The notes under the pieces were generated by a model. That model saw only the letters and a list, made by a program, of their open reading frames with translations. It searched no databases and was not told where the DNA came from. From Felis catus (lineage: Eukaryota), in the NCBI RefSeq assembly GCF_018350175.1, contig NC_058383.1, positions 29,204,001 to 29,268,000 of the forward strand: DNA of 64,000 nucleotides. The letters are read 5' to 3'. Below, in pieces: positions 12,696-23,736 of this stretch. The number at the start of each line of letters is the position of its first letter. Positions within the stretch are counted from its first letter, which is position 1. The translations under genes and the position numbers were made by a program.

Positions 12696-13779
12696 TACAA
12701 CAGGTATTTATTGAGAGCTGATGGCGTGCCAGGCCCTGCTGGGCACAGCCTTCCCTGGAGAGGCACAGAGCGGGTGATGAGCAGACGTAGGCTGAGGTTT
12801 GCTTTGCTCCACTGGGACCCTGCCCAAGATGTGCACAGACTTGCCCCCAGAGTCCCTCCCTATCTCGGGCTGCCTGATCTTGTTAGGAGGGAGGCGGCCC
12901 TTGCCTCTCAGCCTGGGAAACCATCCCTGACAATCTGCTTTTGAGAGAGTCGCCTCCACAGACAGAGGGTGAGGAAATCAACCCAGACCACAGACGGCTG
13001 CGTGCTCCTCAGGACGTGAGCTTCCCACCCGCCTCTGCTAATGACACCACCCCTCACTGCCTTTCTAGGGATGTGAACCCTGGGTGCTCTTAGTCACTGC
13101 TGATGGTGTGTCCAGCTTTGTCTCCCCATCCCGGGCCTTTGAGCTTCTAGACAAAACTCCAAGTATTCATGCTGCCCATGGAGCATTTTTATAGCCTGTT
13201 CCACCTGGTCCCAGAGCCTGACAGCGACCTTTTTCATTACATAATTTAAAGCAAGTCCCCACCAATGGTACTCGGGAAAACCAAAGCCCTAACCTCACTG
13301 TGGACCCTTGAGTAAAGGAGTGGGATGTGTTTTACATGGAGTTCTCAGCTGAGGGTGGAGAGTAGATGGGGGAGAGACACCAATACAATGCCAAGAGGAG
13401 GCCGTGGATAGTCAGAAGGGGTGAGATGTGGGAGATGTTTGAATGGGGTGCTGGGGACCCATGGCCATTGGTGGCTTGGGGAGGAGGTGTCCTCTCTGGG
13501 AGCTGGGGAAGCCGAGCCCCCTCCATAAGGAGAAGTCACAGATCACTGGGCTACAAGGGTACATGATGTGGGCGGGGGTTGGGGGCAGGAAAGAATTTAG
13601 ATCTGAAGAAGGGCGATGAGCTACATCCATGTCAAGGGAGAATGGGGGCATCTGTGGCAGATGGCACAGCATGGACTAAGGCCCTGTGGCAGCAGAAACA
13701 AAAAGGAGGAGGGGCCAAAGGTGGCCCGCATGGCTGGACAGGAAGCAAGGTGTAGGATGAGGTTGGAAGGTGCAGGAGC

Positions 13780-13975
13780 CAGTCGATTAAGCATCTGACT
13801 TCGGCTCAGGTCATGATCTCACGGTTCGTGGGTTCGAGCCTTGTGTCGGGCTCTGTGCTGACGGCTCGGAGCCTGGAGCCTGCTTCGGATTCTGTGTCTC
13901 CCTCTCTCTCTGCCCCTCCCCGCTCACGCTCTGTCTCTCAAAAATGAATAAATATTAAAAAAATGAAAAAAATTA
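13780..13975 (+). mobile_element. SINEC_Fc, slightly 5'-truncated
   Basis: agtcgattaagcatctgacttcggctcaggtcatgatctc... plus A-tail. Confidence 0.93.
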
Positions 13976-13992
13976 AACTGTATACACTCTAC

Positions 13993-14429
13993 GTATTACT
14001 GTCTTCAGGCTGTCACTGCAAGTTGATAGCAAGAGCTTGTCTGAAAACAATAGAAGGGGGTTCTCACAGAGTTCTGCAGGCTCTAACTCTGAAATTAAGG
14101 AGTCGGCAGGGCTGTGCTCTGTCTGAAGGTTCTAGTTTCTCGTGGCTGTAACAATCCTTGGTGCTCCTGGTTCCATAGGTACATCACTCCATTGTCTGCC
14201 TCAGCTATTACATGGCTTCCTCACTTCTTTAGAAGGATCCCAGTTCCTGGATCAGGGCCCACCCTAATTCAGTCCGATCCTACCTTACCTTGACTTTGAC
14301 TATATCAATAAAGACCCTATTTCCAAATCAGGAACTTGGAGTTAGGACCTCAGTGTATCTCTTGCAGGGAGGGGGGCGGGGGCGGGGGGTTGGGTGCGGC
14401 GGGGAGAGGACATAAATCAAGCCACAACA
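13993..14429 (-). mobile_element. MLT1(B/C-like) solo LTR (ERVL-MaLR)
   Basis: gtcggcagggctgtgctc, gggcccaccctaattcag, aagaccctatttccaaat, gttaggac motifs. Confidence 0.8.
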
Positions 14430-15694
14430 CAACAGGACCCTGATTTTGTTTAAAAAAATGCATTCGTGGTCACGTTCTGTTTCTTCATCGGGTTGCTCAT
14501 TACGTGAGAGATTTCGCTCTGAAAATCCAGAAAGCTGTACGTTTCTGATCCGTGTTCTTTTCCACACATGTGTTACATTTCCATCAATGTATTGGCCAAT
14601 AGGCGTGTTCTGGAAACAGACTGGCAGCTGCTATATCGTGATGCTAATGGAGGCTTCCCCTGGGTAGTGGGTTTATGGATCAATTTCATTTTCCCCCAGT
14701 ATGTTCCAAATATGCTGCCCTAGGCATGCATTACTTTCATCAAGTAATAAATCCATGCATATCCTAAGGGAAGAGCTGGCGTTGGAACCGTCGTCAGTCA
14801 CCCATCCTTCCCTGTCTTCAAAGCGATTGGAACAGGAGGTGGGTGACTGGATGGGAATGTGGCCTGCCCGGAGAATCTCCTCCGAATAAACATTTTTAGC
14901 CCCATTACCCACCCCCTTCAAATGGCCTGCTCATGACTGTGGCCCTGATGATCCACACAGGCTTTCTGTGGAGCGGGGCTTGGCAGTAACCTCACCTGAG
15001 TCCTCTTTGGGAGGACGGAGAACCGGGGTAATAATAGAACTGACCTCACGGGCGGCTGGAGGCTTCACTGGGATAATGCACGTGAAACCCTGGGGCCCTG
15101 GCACAGGGAGGAGCTGCCACGAATACCGTCCTGATGAGAAAATGCCCAGAGTACGCGGCAGGCAGCTCAGTGTCTTTGTTTAACGGTTCCGCTTGTCGGG
15201 GAAGGTCCACTAAATGACACCTCGCCCCGTTGCACAGCATCCCTGGGGGACACACAGGGTGGCGAAGCCTCCCCCCGCCCCGGCAAGTTTTCCCATTTTG
15301 CTCCTTTTTAACACACCTTGGCGCTCTCCCCCGCTCACCGTGGCTGTGTGATGTTTCATCATGTGCCTTTAAGGCCATGTGCTGCCATGACAGCGAAGCC
15401 ATCACCGGAAATTTTAGAGGAAGCAGGCGGGCTGAGATGCTGGGATGCTTGTGTTGCCCTCCAGGCCCCGCCCCTGCCCTGGCCCCACCCAGACCACGCC
15501 CCCAAGAGGCGGTACTTCACCAGGTCTCGGCCCCCACCCAGGGTTTGGCTCCCCAGGGTTTTGGGGATGGGAGCCCACTGTGTTTGGGGCTCTGTCTCCT
15601 TTGGCAATGTCTGTCCCAGTGGCAAATGCAGCAACCCTCTGCCCCAGCTGGGCTGCAGCCCAGCGGCAATCCTGCAGATAAACTTAGGCTCGTG

Positions 15695-16130
15695 GGACGT
15701 GATTTATGTACAAGGTTATCCTTTGCAACATTGTTTATAAAAGGGAAAGATTGAAAACAGCCTAAACCCACATCGGTAAGGAGCTGATTAAAGAAACTGG
15801 CAGAATCCACATCACGGGATACTGTACTCGGCCGCTGTAAGGAACAGTAAAGAACCACCTCTAAGCTTTATTAGGCGAGTAAAGCAAGGTTCCAAAAGCA
15901 TTCAGCATATACACACCTCTTTGCGTTAAAAGGGAAAGATGCGTCTATATTTGTATTAGCTTCTATTTACATAAAGAAACTGCAGCTACCCACTGAATGA
16001 CTAAGTGTTACTTACGGAGGTGGGGGGTGAAACATGGGGACTTGGGGAGGAGAGGGGACAGAGATTTGTTTGAGGCCTTCTTTCTTTTTTGGACCCATGT
16101 GAATTTCCTACTTTTCAAAATTCCAAATTG
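15695..16130 (+). mobile_element. Ancient L1ME-like fragment
   Basis: tgtacaagg...tgcaacattgtttataaaag...ttgaaaacagcctaaa pattern. Confidence 0.65.
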
Positions 16131-16199
16131 AGGGAAAATGTAGCCTCTGTAAAACAAAGGCTGTCTTAAAGCAGCAGCTTTGGCGTGAGTGTCACTCTG

Positions 16200-16360
16200 A
16201 ATGTCATTTCAGGCCCTCAGAGCAGTGTGACCGTGGGCAAGTTGCTCAACCTCTCTGTTTCAGTTCCTCCATCAGTGAAACAGGGGTCATAACAGCTCCA
16301 ACTTTGGGCCGTTGGGAGAATTGAATGAGATCAACTGTGTCCAGCGCCTGGCCCGAAGTA
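16200..16360 (+). mobile_element. MIR
   Basis: gtgtgaccgtgggcaagttgctcaacctctctgtttcagttcctccatcagtgaaacagggg core. Confidence 0.75.
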
Positions 16361-17166
16361 GGCAAGCAGCAAGAGTGAGTGTCCGCGGTCTTCCTGAAAG
16401 TGTGGCCATCTGGACTGGGACCCAGGTGGCAGGATGTGAATCCCGGGGCCGCTGTGAGCCCTCTTCTGTCAGTCTAGTGGCTGTCTGTCCTCCATTGCGG
16501 GGGCCCTGGCCTCGTGGGAGCTGCTCATTAAGCAACAGTGGGGTCTCTCCCCGCCCTCCCCCTCCCATCCCCACGCAGGCAGCAAGGGGGGGGGGCGGGC
16601 TCTGGTAGGCTTGAGTCCTCAGCGTGCATCCGCTGGGGACCTGGGGGGAAGAGGGTTGATGTAAAATGCGTGAGCCTCAGATTGCTGGAGCTGTGCATGA
16701 GGACACGGAATGGGGAGTCCCCCTTGGGGCCAGCTCTGGCCTCCTGAGCTGCCTGAACCTTTGGCTCCACTTTCTGGAAACCCTAAGAATGAGGAACCCC
16801 AAGTGTAGTCCACAGCACCAGCCGAGAGGGACGCCACCTCCCCCAAGTCAAACAGTTGCCTACGAAGCATCCAGACTCTAGCAGTTTGCGGGCTCTCCCA
16901 CTTCCCAGGGAGAGCTTTTTCTAGAAGGTTCAATAGAACCATGGCTTTAGGGGGTGGTTTCACTGAATAAACAGCCCCTGTGCCTCCCTTTGTTCACCTG
17001 TGAAATGGGGATGATAACCTTCCCGCCTTCTCCTGGTGAGCTGAGGCTGGCGGTTGCTCTGGAGGGACCAGGGGATCTCGTTTGTGTGTGTGTTGTGTGT
17101 CGGTCAGCCTTTACTCAGTGGAGACATTCCTGAAATATGAGTCAACATGACTTCTGTCACAATTGC

Positions 17167-17390
17167 TTTTTTTTTTCTTTTTTTAATGTTTATTATTTTG
17201 AGAGAGAGAGAGAGAGGGTGTGCACAAAAGCAGGGGAGGGGCAGACAGAGGGGGAGACACACAATTCGAAGCAGGCTCCAGGCCCTGAGCTGTCAGCACA
17301 GAGCCCGACGTGGGGCTCAAACTCACGGACTGCGAGATCATGACCTGAGCCCAAGTCGGACGCTCAACCGACTGAGCCACCCAGGCGCCC
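17167..17390 (-). mobile_element. SINEC_Fc
   Basis: Full antisense body; TSD acaattgct. Confidence 0.95.
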
Positions 17391-17845
17391 ACAATTGCTC
17401 TTTCGATAAGGTGAACTTGGGTGGCTGTGTAAGACGCAGCTCCAGGCTCAGATATGTTGGAACTCAAATTTTCTGTAAATTCATTTCATTTCTGTTCAAG
17501 CCTCCTTCTGGTCAGGCTGGTGGAGATGTTCCCCTTGGCTTTTTCAGGACTAACCTGCCTTGCAGAGTTGACGCTGTGGTCCGAAGGCCCTGACAGAAAC
17601 AGGTGATGTGTGGGGATATCAGGAACCCCTTGAGGTTCCGGAATTTCGGACTGCTCGGGACAGGACCCTGTGTTCAGGGTCCTCTTTTTTCCCTCTAGCA
17701 GTCTAACACTCAAGAATCAGAATGGTGTTCCCTTCCTCCTTTCTTCCCCTCCTCAGTGTAATCTTTACCCTATTGGCTTCCAGCATGTTCTTGGCGCAAG
17801 TGTGGTACCCTGGCCTCAATTCGCCGAAGCCCCTGAGGGCTAGGA

Positions 17846-18025
17846 CAGGAGTTGGCAAAGCATCCATAAAGTGCCAGAGAGTAAATATTTCAAGCTTTGC
17901 AGGCTGTCTGGTCGCTGTAGCAATGACTCCACTCTGCCGCTGTAGGTCAAAAGCAGCCACAGAGAGGATGTCAAGCAAATGGCCGTGACTGTGTTCCAAT
18001 ACAACTTTATTTGCATCAGTGCAAA
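17846..18025 (+). mobile_element. MER58A-like hAT-Charlie element
   Basis: caggagttggcaaa...gtaaatattt...gctttgcaggc...ctgtgttccaatacaactttatt. Confidence 0.85.
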
Positions 18026-18214
18026 AAAGAAATGATAAATACGTGACGTGAGAAAGATGTTAACTGATGCTACTGTATAATCATGTTGCAATATCTAAAT
18101 GTGTTAACGTATGGTACACCTTAACCTTACACAACGTTCCATCCCTTCTATTTCAAAAAATGTTTCTGATCTAAAAAATACTTGAAAGCTTTGTTTCTTT
18201 TGCTGTGCTAGTCT

Positions 18215-18504
18215 TGAAAGTAATCAACAGACTGGACCGGCAGCCTACGGAGCAGGAGAAAGTAGCTGCACGCCACATACTGATCAGGGTTGACATCCAA
18301 AATATATGAGGAAGAATTCCTGTAGCTCAATAGCCAAGCAACCAACCACCCAGTCAGAAAATGGGCAGTGGACTCGAATAGACCTTTCTCCAGAGAAGTC
18401 ACAGCTGGCCAACAGGTGCATGAAAACATGTTCGACATCACTCATCGTCAGGGAAGTGCAAATCAAAACCAGTGAGGTATCACCTTGCACCCATTAGGAT
18501 GGCT

Positions 18505-18542
<38 letters not shown>

Positions 18543-19451
18543 AACTAACCCAACGAAAGCAAAGCAAACCAAAACAAGTGTTGGGGAGGAAACGGAGAAA
18601 TTGTAACCCTTGTACACCTGCTGGTGGGAATGTAAAATGGTGTGCCTGCTCTCAAAATGCTGTGGAGTCTCCTCAAAATATTAAAAATAGAACTACCCTG
18701 GGTGTTCTACTTTTAGAATTTTGAGTCTCCTCAAAATATTAAAAATAGAACTACGCCTGGGTGGCTCAGTCGGTTGAGCGACCGACTTCGGGTCAGGTCG
18801 TGATCTCGCGGTCTGTGAGTTCGAGCCCCGCGTCGGGCTCTGTGCTGATGGCTCAGAGCCTGGAGCCTGCTTCGGATTCTGTGTGTCTCTCTGCTCCTCC
18901 CCTGCTCGTGCTCTGTCTCTCTCTCAAAAATAAATAAACATTAAAAAAAAAAATAGAACTACCAGATGATCCAGTAATGCCACTTCTGGGCTGGAAAGCA
19001 GGCACCAGGCACAGCAGCCAGGATGTGGAAACGCCCTAAGTGACAGAGGGAGAGATCAAGACAATGTGGTCAAGACCTGCAAATGGGATACTATGCAGCC
19101 TTACTAAAAGAAGGAAGTTCGGCCACACGCCGCCTGAATGCGCCCGGAAGGCAATAGGCAAAGCAGCACAAGCCGGTCACAGAAAGACAAACACCGTGTG
19201 ATGGTACTTCCTCGAGGCATCAAAAGTAGTCCAGCTCCCAGATGCAGAGAGTCAGAGGGTGGTTGCCAGGGCCTGGGGGCAGCGGGAATGGGGAGTTCTT
19301 CTTCAACGGGTATATAAAGTTTTGGTCATGCCAGTTGAGAACGTTCTGGAGATCTCTATGACGCTGTGCCTGGAGTTAACAATAGCGTCTTGTGCACTGA
19401 GAAGTTTGTCGGAGAGGGTAGATTTCATGTTATATGAAATGTTACCACGCT
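18215..19451 (+). mobile_element. L1M (MA9/MB-like) ORF2 3' end and 3' UTR, decayed, SINE-interrupted
   Basis: gaaaatgggc, atcagggaagtgcaaatcaaaacc, ggtgggaatgtaaaatggtg, cacagaaagacaaa, gagagggtagatttcatgtt. Confidence 0.88.
18754..18950 (+). mobile_element. SINEC_Fc inside L1, TSD aaaaatagaactac
   Basis: Body matches; TSD at 18741-18754 and 18949-18962. Confidence 0.95.
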
Positions 19452-19458
19452 GAAAGAA

Positions 19459-19518
<60 letters not shown>

Positions 19519-19880
19519 AGGAAAGAAAGAGACAAAGAAAGAAAGACTAAAGAAAGAAAGAAAGAAAAAGAAAGAAAGAAAAGAGAAAGACAGAAAGAAA
19601 GAAAGACAAAAGAAAGAAAGAAAAAGAAAGAAAAGAGGAAGAAAGAAAGAAAGAAAGAAAGAGAAAGAAAGAAAGAGAAAGAAAGAAAGAAGGAAGGAAG
19701 GAAAGAAAGAAAGAAAGAAAGAGACAAAGAAAGAAAGAAAGAAAGACGAAAGAAAGAAAGAAAAACAAAGAAAGAAAGAAAAAGAAAGAAAGAAAAAGAA
19801 AAGAGAAAGAAAGAAAGAAAGAAAAAGAAGGAAGGAAGGAAGGAAGGAAGGAAGGAAAGAAAGAAAGAAAGAAAGAGACA

Positions 19881-19928
<48 letters not shown>

Positions 19929-20045
19929 AAAAGAAAGAAGGAAGGAAGGAAAGAAAGAGACAAAGAAAGAAAGACTAAAGAAAGAAAAAGAAAGAAAAGA
20001 GAAAGAAAGAAAGACAAAAGAAAGAAAGAAAGAAAGAAAGAAAAG
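19452..20045 (+). repeat. Compound (GAAA)n/(GGAA)n polypurine tract, about 590 bp
   Basis: Directly visible; begins where the L1 poly(A) tail is expected. Confidence 0.97.
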
Positions 20046-21040
20046 TACAGTGTGCTGTAATTGGCCCCACCCTGGCCTAAGTCTTTGGAACCCAAAGCCG
20101 CACAGGTCCAGAAAGTGCTCCTGTTTTGAAAAGCCACGCAGATATTCACCCTCAAACGCCAGCTCATGCTTGAAAACCTTTGTCAAGTCAGATATCACTC
20201 CCTCATTGACCTTTGGGAAGGAAGATATATTCTCTGGCCCTGGTTTGCCCACAGTTCCCTGTGCTTCATGCTGCCGGGGTCATCTGACTCTTGGCGTCTC
20301 TTTCTTGAATGTCCTGGGTATTTGTACATCCCAAGAGCACCAGATGGGCGGCTAAGGCCTCTTGCTCGGGGGGCGGGGGCCGGGGGGGTCCAGCTGGTCT
20401 GGGGTGGAGTCCTGGTCGCACCACTTTCTTCCCTTGGGCAGCATACCCATCATCTCTGACCTTCGGTCGCCCAATCTGTTAACTGGGAAAAGCACCTCTG
20501 CTCAGGGTTGTCCCAAGGCTCACGTGCCACAGTGTCAGATACGTGGCCCTGGGCCTGGAGGAGGTGGGTGTTTAACCCAGCAACTCACTCCAGTTATGCT
20601 GGCAAGAGACTTGAGGCACCTGATTAGAGAGAGGGTTCGAAGGTAGAAAGGGCAGGACGTGGCACGTAGAATCAATCAAATCTCTTCACTCCTGTGTGTC
20701 CGTAGGTAGCTCCGTAACCTTTCTGAGCCTCACTTTCCTCGCCTGTAAAACAGGGCTGATAAACGGGACCGACTCGGTGAGACAGCACGCAGTGTCTGGT
20801 ATGCAGTAGGCGCTTAATAAGGGCGGCTATTGAGTGTTTACTTCTGCCGGGTCCCGTCCTCAGTGCCATGTGCTTTGTGGACTCGCCTAGGTTTACTGGC
20901 CAGGTTTCCGTTGAGCACAGAGTCTGCTCGGGGTGGGAGCAGGAAGGGTCCTCTATCCCCCGGTCACTCAGCAGGGGAAGTCCCTTGCTGAGGTTTCAGT
21001 CGTCCAGAGCAGTCGTCCCATCTGCTGGGATATATAATAT

Positions 21041-21320
21041 CCCTTCCTTCCTTCCTTCCTTCCTTCCTTCCTTCCTTCCTTCCTTCCTTCCTTCCTTCCT
21101 TCCTTCCTTCCTTCCTTCCTTCCTTTAATTTGTTTATTTTGAGAGAGAGACACAGCATGAGCAGGGGAGGGGCAGAGAGAGGGAGACAGAGAATCCCAAG
21201 CAGAGTCTCCTCTGTCAGCACAGAGCCCGACACAGGGCTCGAACTCATGAACTGTGAGATCATGACCTTAGCCAAAATCAGGAGTCAGTTGCTCAACTGA
21301 CTGAGCCACCCGGGTGCCCC
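21041..21320 (-). mobile_element. Can-SINE (Fc2-like) with (TTCC)n tail-derived microsatellite
   Basis: (TTCC)n at about 21041-21123, then antisense SINE body ending cgggtgcccc. Confidence 0.93.
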
Positions 21321-21432
21321 ACATCGCTTCCTCTTGATCGTCTCTGCACAGTTATCTTCTACTTACGGCCAGTAGTTGCTTTCTGCAGTGATAGATGTGT
21401 GGCAAACACTTTCAGAATGTTACTTGGTTTCT

Positions 21433-21634
21433 GGGACGCCTGGGTGGCTCAGTCAGTTGAGCGTCTGACTTTGGCCGAGGCCATGATCTCCCAGTTTGTG
21501 AGTTTGAGCCCCTTGTTGGGCTCACTGCTGTCAGTCTGTCCGCACACAGGCGCTTCAGATCCTCTGTCCCCTCCCCTCTCTGTCCCTCTCCCACTCGCAC
21601 TCTCTCTCAAAAAAATAAACATTAAAAAAAAAAA
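21433..21634 (+). mobile_element. SINEC_Fc
   Basis: gggacgcctgggtggctcag head, A-tail, near-TSD agaatgtYaYttggttt. Confidence 0.93.
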
Positions 21635-21647
21635 GAATGTCATTTGG

Positions 21648-21873
21648 TTTTTATTTTCTATTTTTTTAATGTTTCTTTTCCTTTTTCCTTTTTTTTTTTT
21701 TTTTTTGGGGGGGGAGAGGAAGGGGCTGAGAGAGAGGGAGAGAGAATCCCAAGCAGGCTCCATGCTGTCAGCACAGAGCCCCACACGGGGCTCAAACTCA
21801 CCGACTGTGAGATCATGACCTGAGCCCAAACAAAAAGCCAGACACTTAACCCATGGAGTCACCCAGGTGTCCC
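21648..21873 (-). mobile_element. Can-SINE (Fc2-like), tail-to-tail with previous copy
   Basis: T-rich tail, gaatcccaagcaggctcc, head acccaggtgtccc. Confidence 0.9.
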
Positions 21874-22217
21874 TGTCGTTTGGTGTTTAAAATGTAAGTT
21901 GGCTTTAAAAAAAAAAAAAAAAAAAGCAAAGAAAGAGTACAGGAGGGAAAAACGTGACTCGAGTTTGGGAAGCTCTGGAATAGGGCAGGGGCTTGGTAGG
22001 TCACATGGCAGGGGTTTGAGATGGTGAGGTAGCAACCAGATTCGGTGGGAGTGCCCGAGGCCCTCTCCTTCCTTAACATCAGCCTCAGTTCCCCCGTCTG
22101 CAAGATGGGGGCGGCGATCATTATGACAATTCACGGAGGCCGAGCATATGAAATGCTAGGGACAGGGGCTGGCACGTGGTAACACCGAGGTACTAATTTT
22201 TAGGGTAGGGGTGGGGA

Positions 22218-22460
22218 ACCAAATGCCATGTGGCGCCCCGGATTGGGTCCTGTGAGAGAAAAAAGACATTGGTGCAAAAAACGGGAAGTCTGGATCAAGT
22301 CTGGGGTGTAGTTAATAGGCACGTACTAATGTTGATATCTCAGTTTTGACAAAAGTACCGCGGTTCTGCCAGACGTTAGGTTCGGGGAGGCTGGGCGAAG
22401 GCCGGGCAGTTGTGTCTTTGCAGTTCCTCCGTCGATCCAAAATTCTTCCGTGAGAAAGTG
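22218..22460 (+). mobile_element. L1MC/ME 3' end fragment
   Basis: aaatgccatgtgg...ggattgggtcctg...aaaaagacatt...agttaatag...tactaatgtt pattern. Confidence 0.75.
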
Positions 22461-22922
22461 TGTTCACAGGCATGAACGTTGACGGGGGCAAAATGCTCTA
22501 GTTAATCAGGGACGGGAGGTGCTGAGTCGAGGGAGTCAAGGATAGGTGTCCTGAATGGGGGTGGGTGGAGGGGAAGTGTCGAGTCCTGGAGGAGAAAAGG
22601 TGTTCCTCACGGAGGGAGCTGCTGTCTCTGGGTGAGGAAGCATGGAACCGGACCCTTCCCCACCACCTGGCCTTTGCCCCTGCTGTTCCCCTCCCTGGAA
22701 CACTCGTACTCACCACCTCAAAGAGGTCTCGGGGCCCCATCCACTGTCACCCACTCTCAGGGACCCCTGTCCTTTTGCTTCTTGGTCTGAGCCCACCGTG
22801 TCATGCATTAGTTCTTTGTGGGATTCAGGGTGGGCTGTGCCGTGCACCGGGCCTCGCTCAGAGGGGCCCCAGCCTTGGCTGAATGCTCTGCTGGCGCCAT
22901 TTTGAAACGCTTAGTAAGTCTT

Positions 22923-23149
22923 TTCTTCAACGTTTTTTTGTTTTTGTTTTTGTTTTTTTTGGGGGGGACAGAGAGAGACAGAGCATGAACGGGGGAGGGG
23001 CAGAGAAAGAGGGAGACACAGAATCGGAAACAGGCTCCAGGCTCCGAGCCATCAGCCCAGAGCCCGACACGGGGCTCGAACTCATGGACCGCGAGATCGT
23101 GACCTGGCTGAAGTCGGACGCTTAACCGACTGCGCCACCCAGGCGCCCC
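22923..23149 (-). mobile_element. Young-type SINEC_Fc with perfect 18-bp TSD
   Basis: aaacgcttagtaagtctt at 22905-22922 and 23151-23168; CpG-rich body. Confidence 0.97.
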
Positions 23150-23281
23150 AAAACGCTTAGTAAGTCTTAAGCCGGGGCCCGTGTTTTCTTCTGCACCGAG
23201 CCCCCTGAAAATCGCGTAGCTGGTCCTAGTAGGATCCACGAGCTGAGCACCTCCCTCTGCTGGACCCCTGCCTTCACTCCC

Positions 23282-23736
23282 TCTGGCCTTTGTAACAAAT
23301 TACCACAGGTGAGGGAGTTCAAACGATGCCATTTGTAGTACCCTTGCAGTTGTGGAGGTCTGAAGTCTAACTTGGGGCCTCGGGGCTGTGTTCTTCCTGT
23401 GTCCGTTTGCCTGCCTTTTCCAGGCTCTAGAGGCGGCCGCACCCCTTGGCTTGCGGCCCCTTCCTGCATCTCTGAGGCCAGCACTGTAAGCATCTTCTCT
23501 CCGCTCTGACCTCTGCTTCTGTCCTCACATCTCTTGGCCTCCGGCCCTCCTGCCTCCCGCCTACAAGAACTTGTGAGTGGGTGGGGCCCACCCACATAAC
23601 CCAGCTGACTCTCCCCATCTCAAGATCTCGAATTTCGCCACCCCTGCCACGTCCCCACTTCTGGTGAGGTTACAGGCACCGGTTCTGGGGATTAGGGTGT
23701 GGCCATGCTGGGGAAGCCATTATTCGGTCTCCCACA
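23282..23736 (-). mobile_element. MLT1(C/D-like) solo LTR
   Basis: tgtaacaaattaccaca, ttgcctgccttttccaggctctagaggc, ggttctggggattagg. Confidence 0.85.

Noticed and set aside
12329..12721. His/Pro/Ser/Ile repeat ORF
   Set aside because: Translation of (CCAT)n.
19303..20252. 192-275 aa Phe/Leu/Ser-rich ORFs resembling membrane proteins
   Set aside because: Translation of the (TTTC)n microsatellite; the same applies to ORFs at 35771-36310 and 40865-41609.
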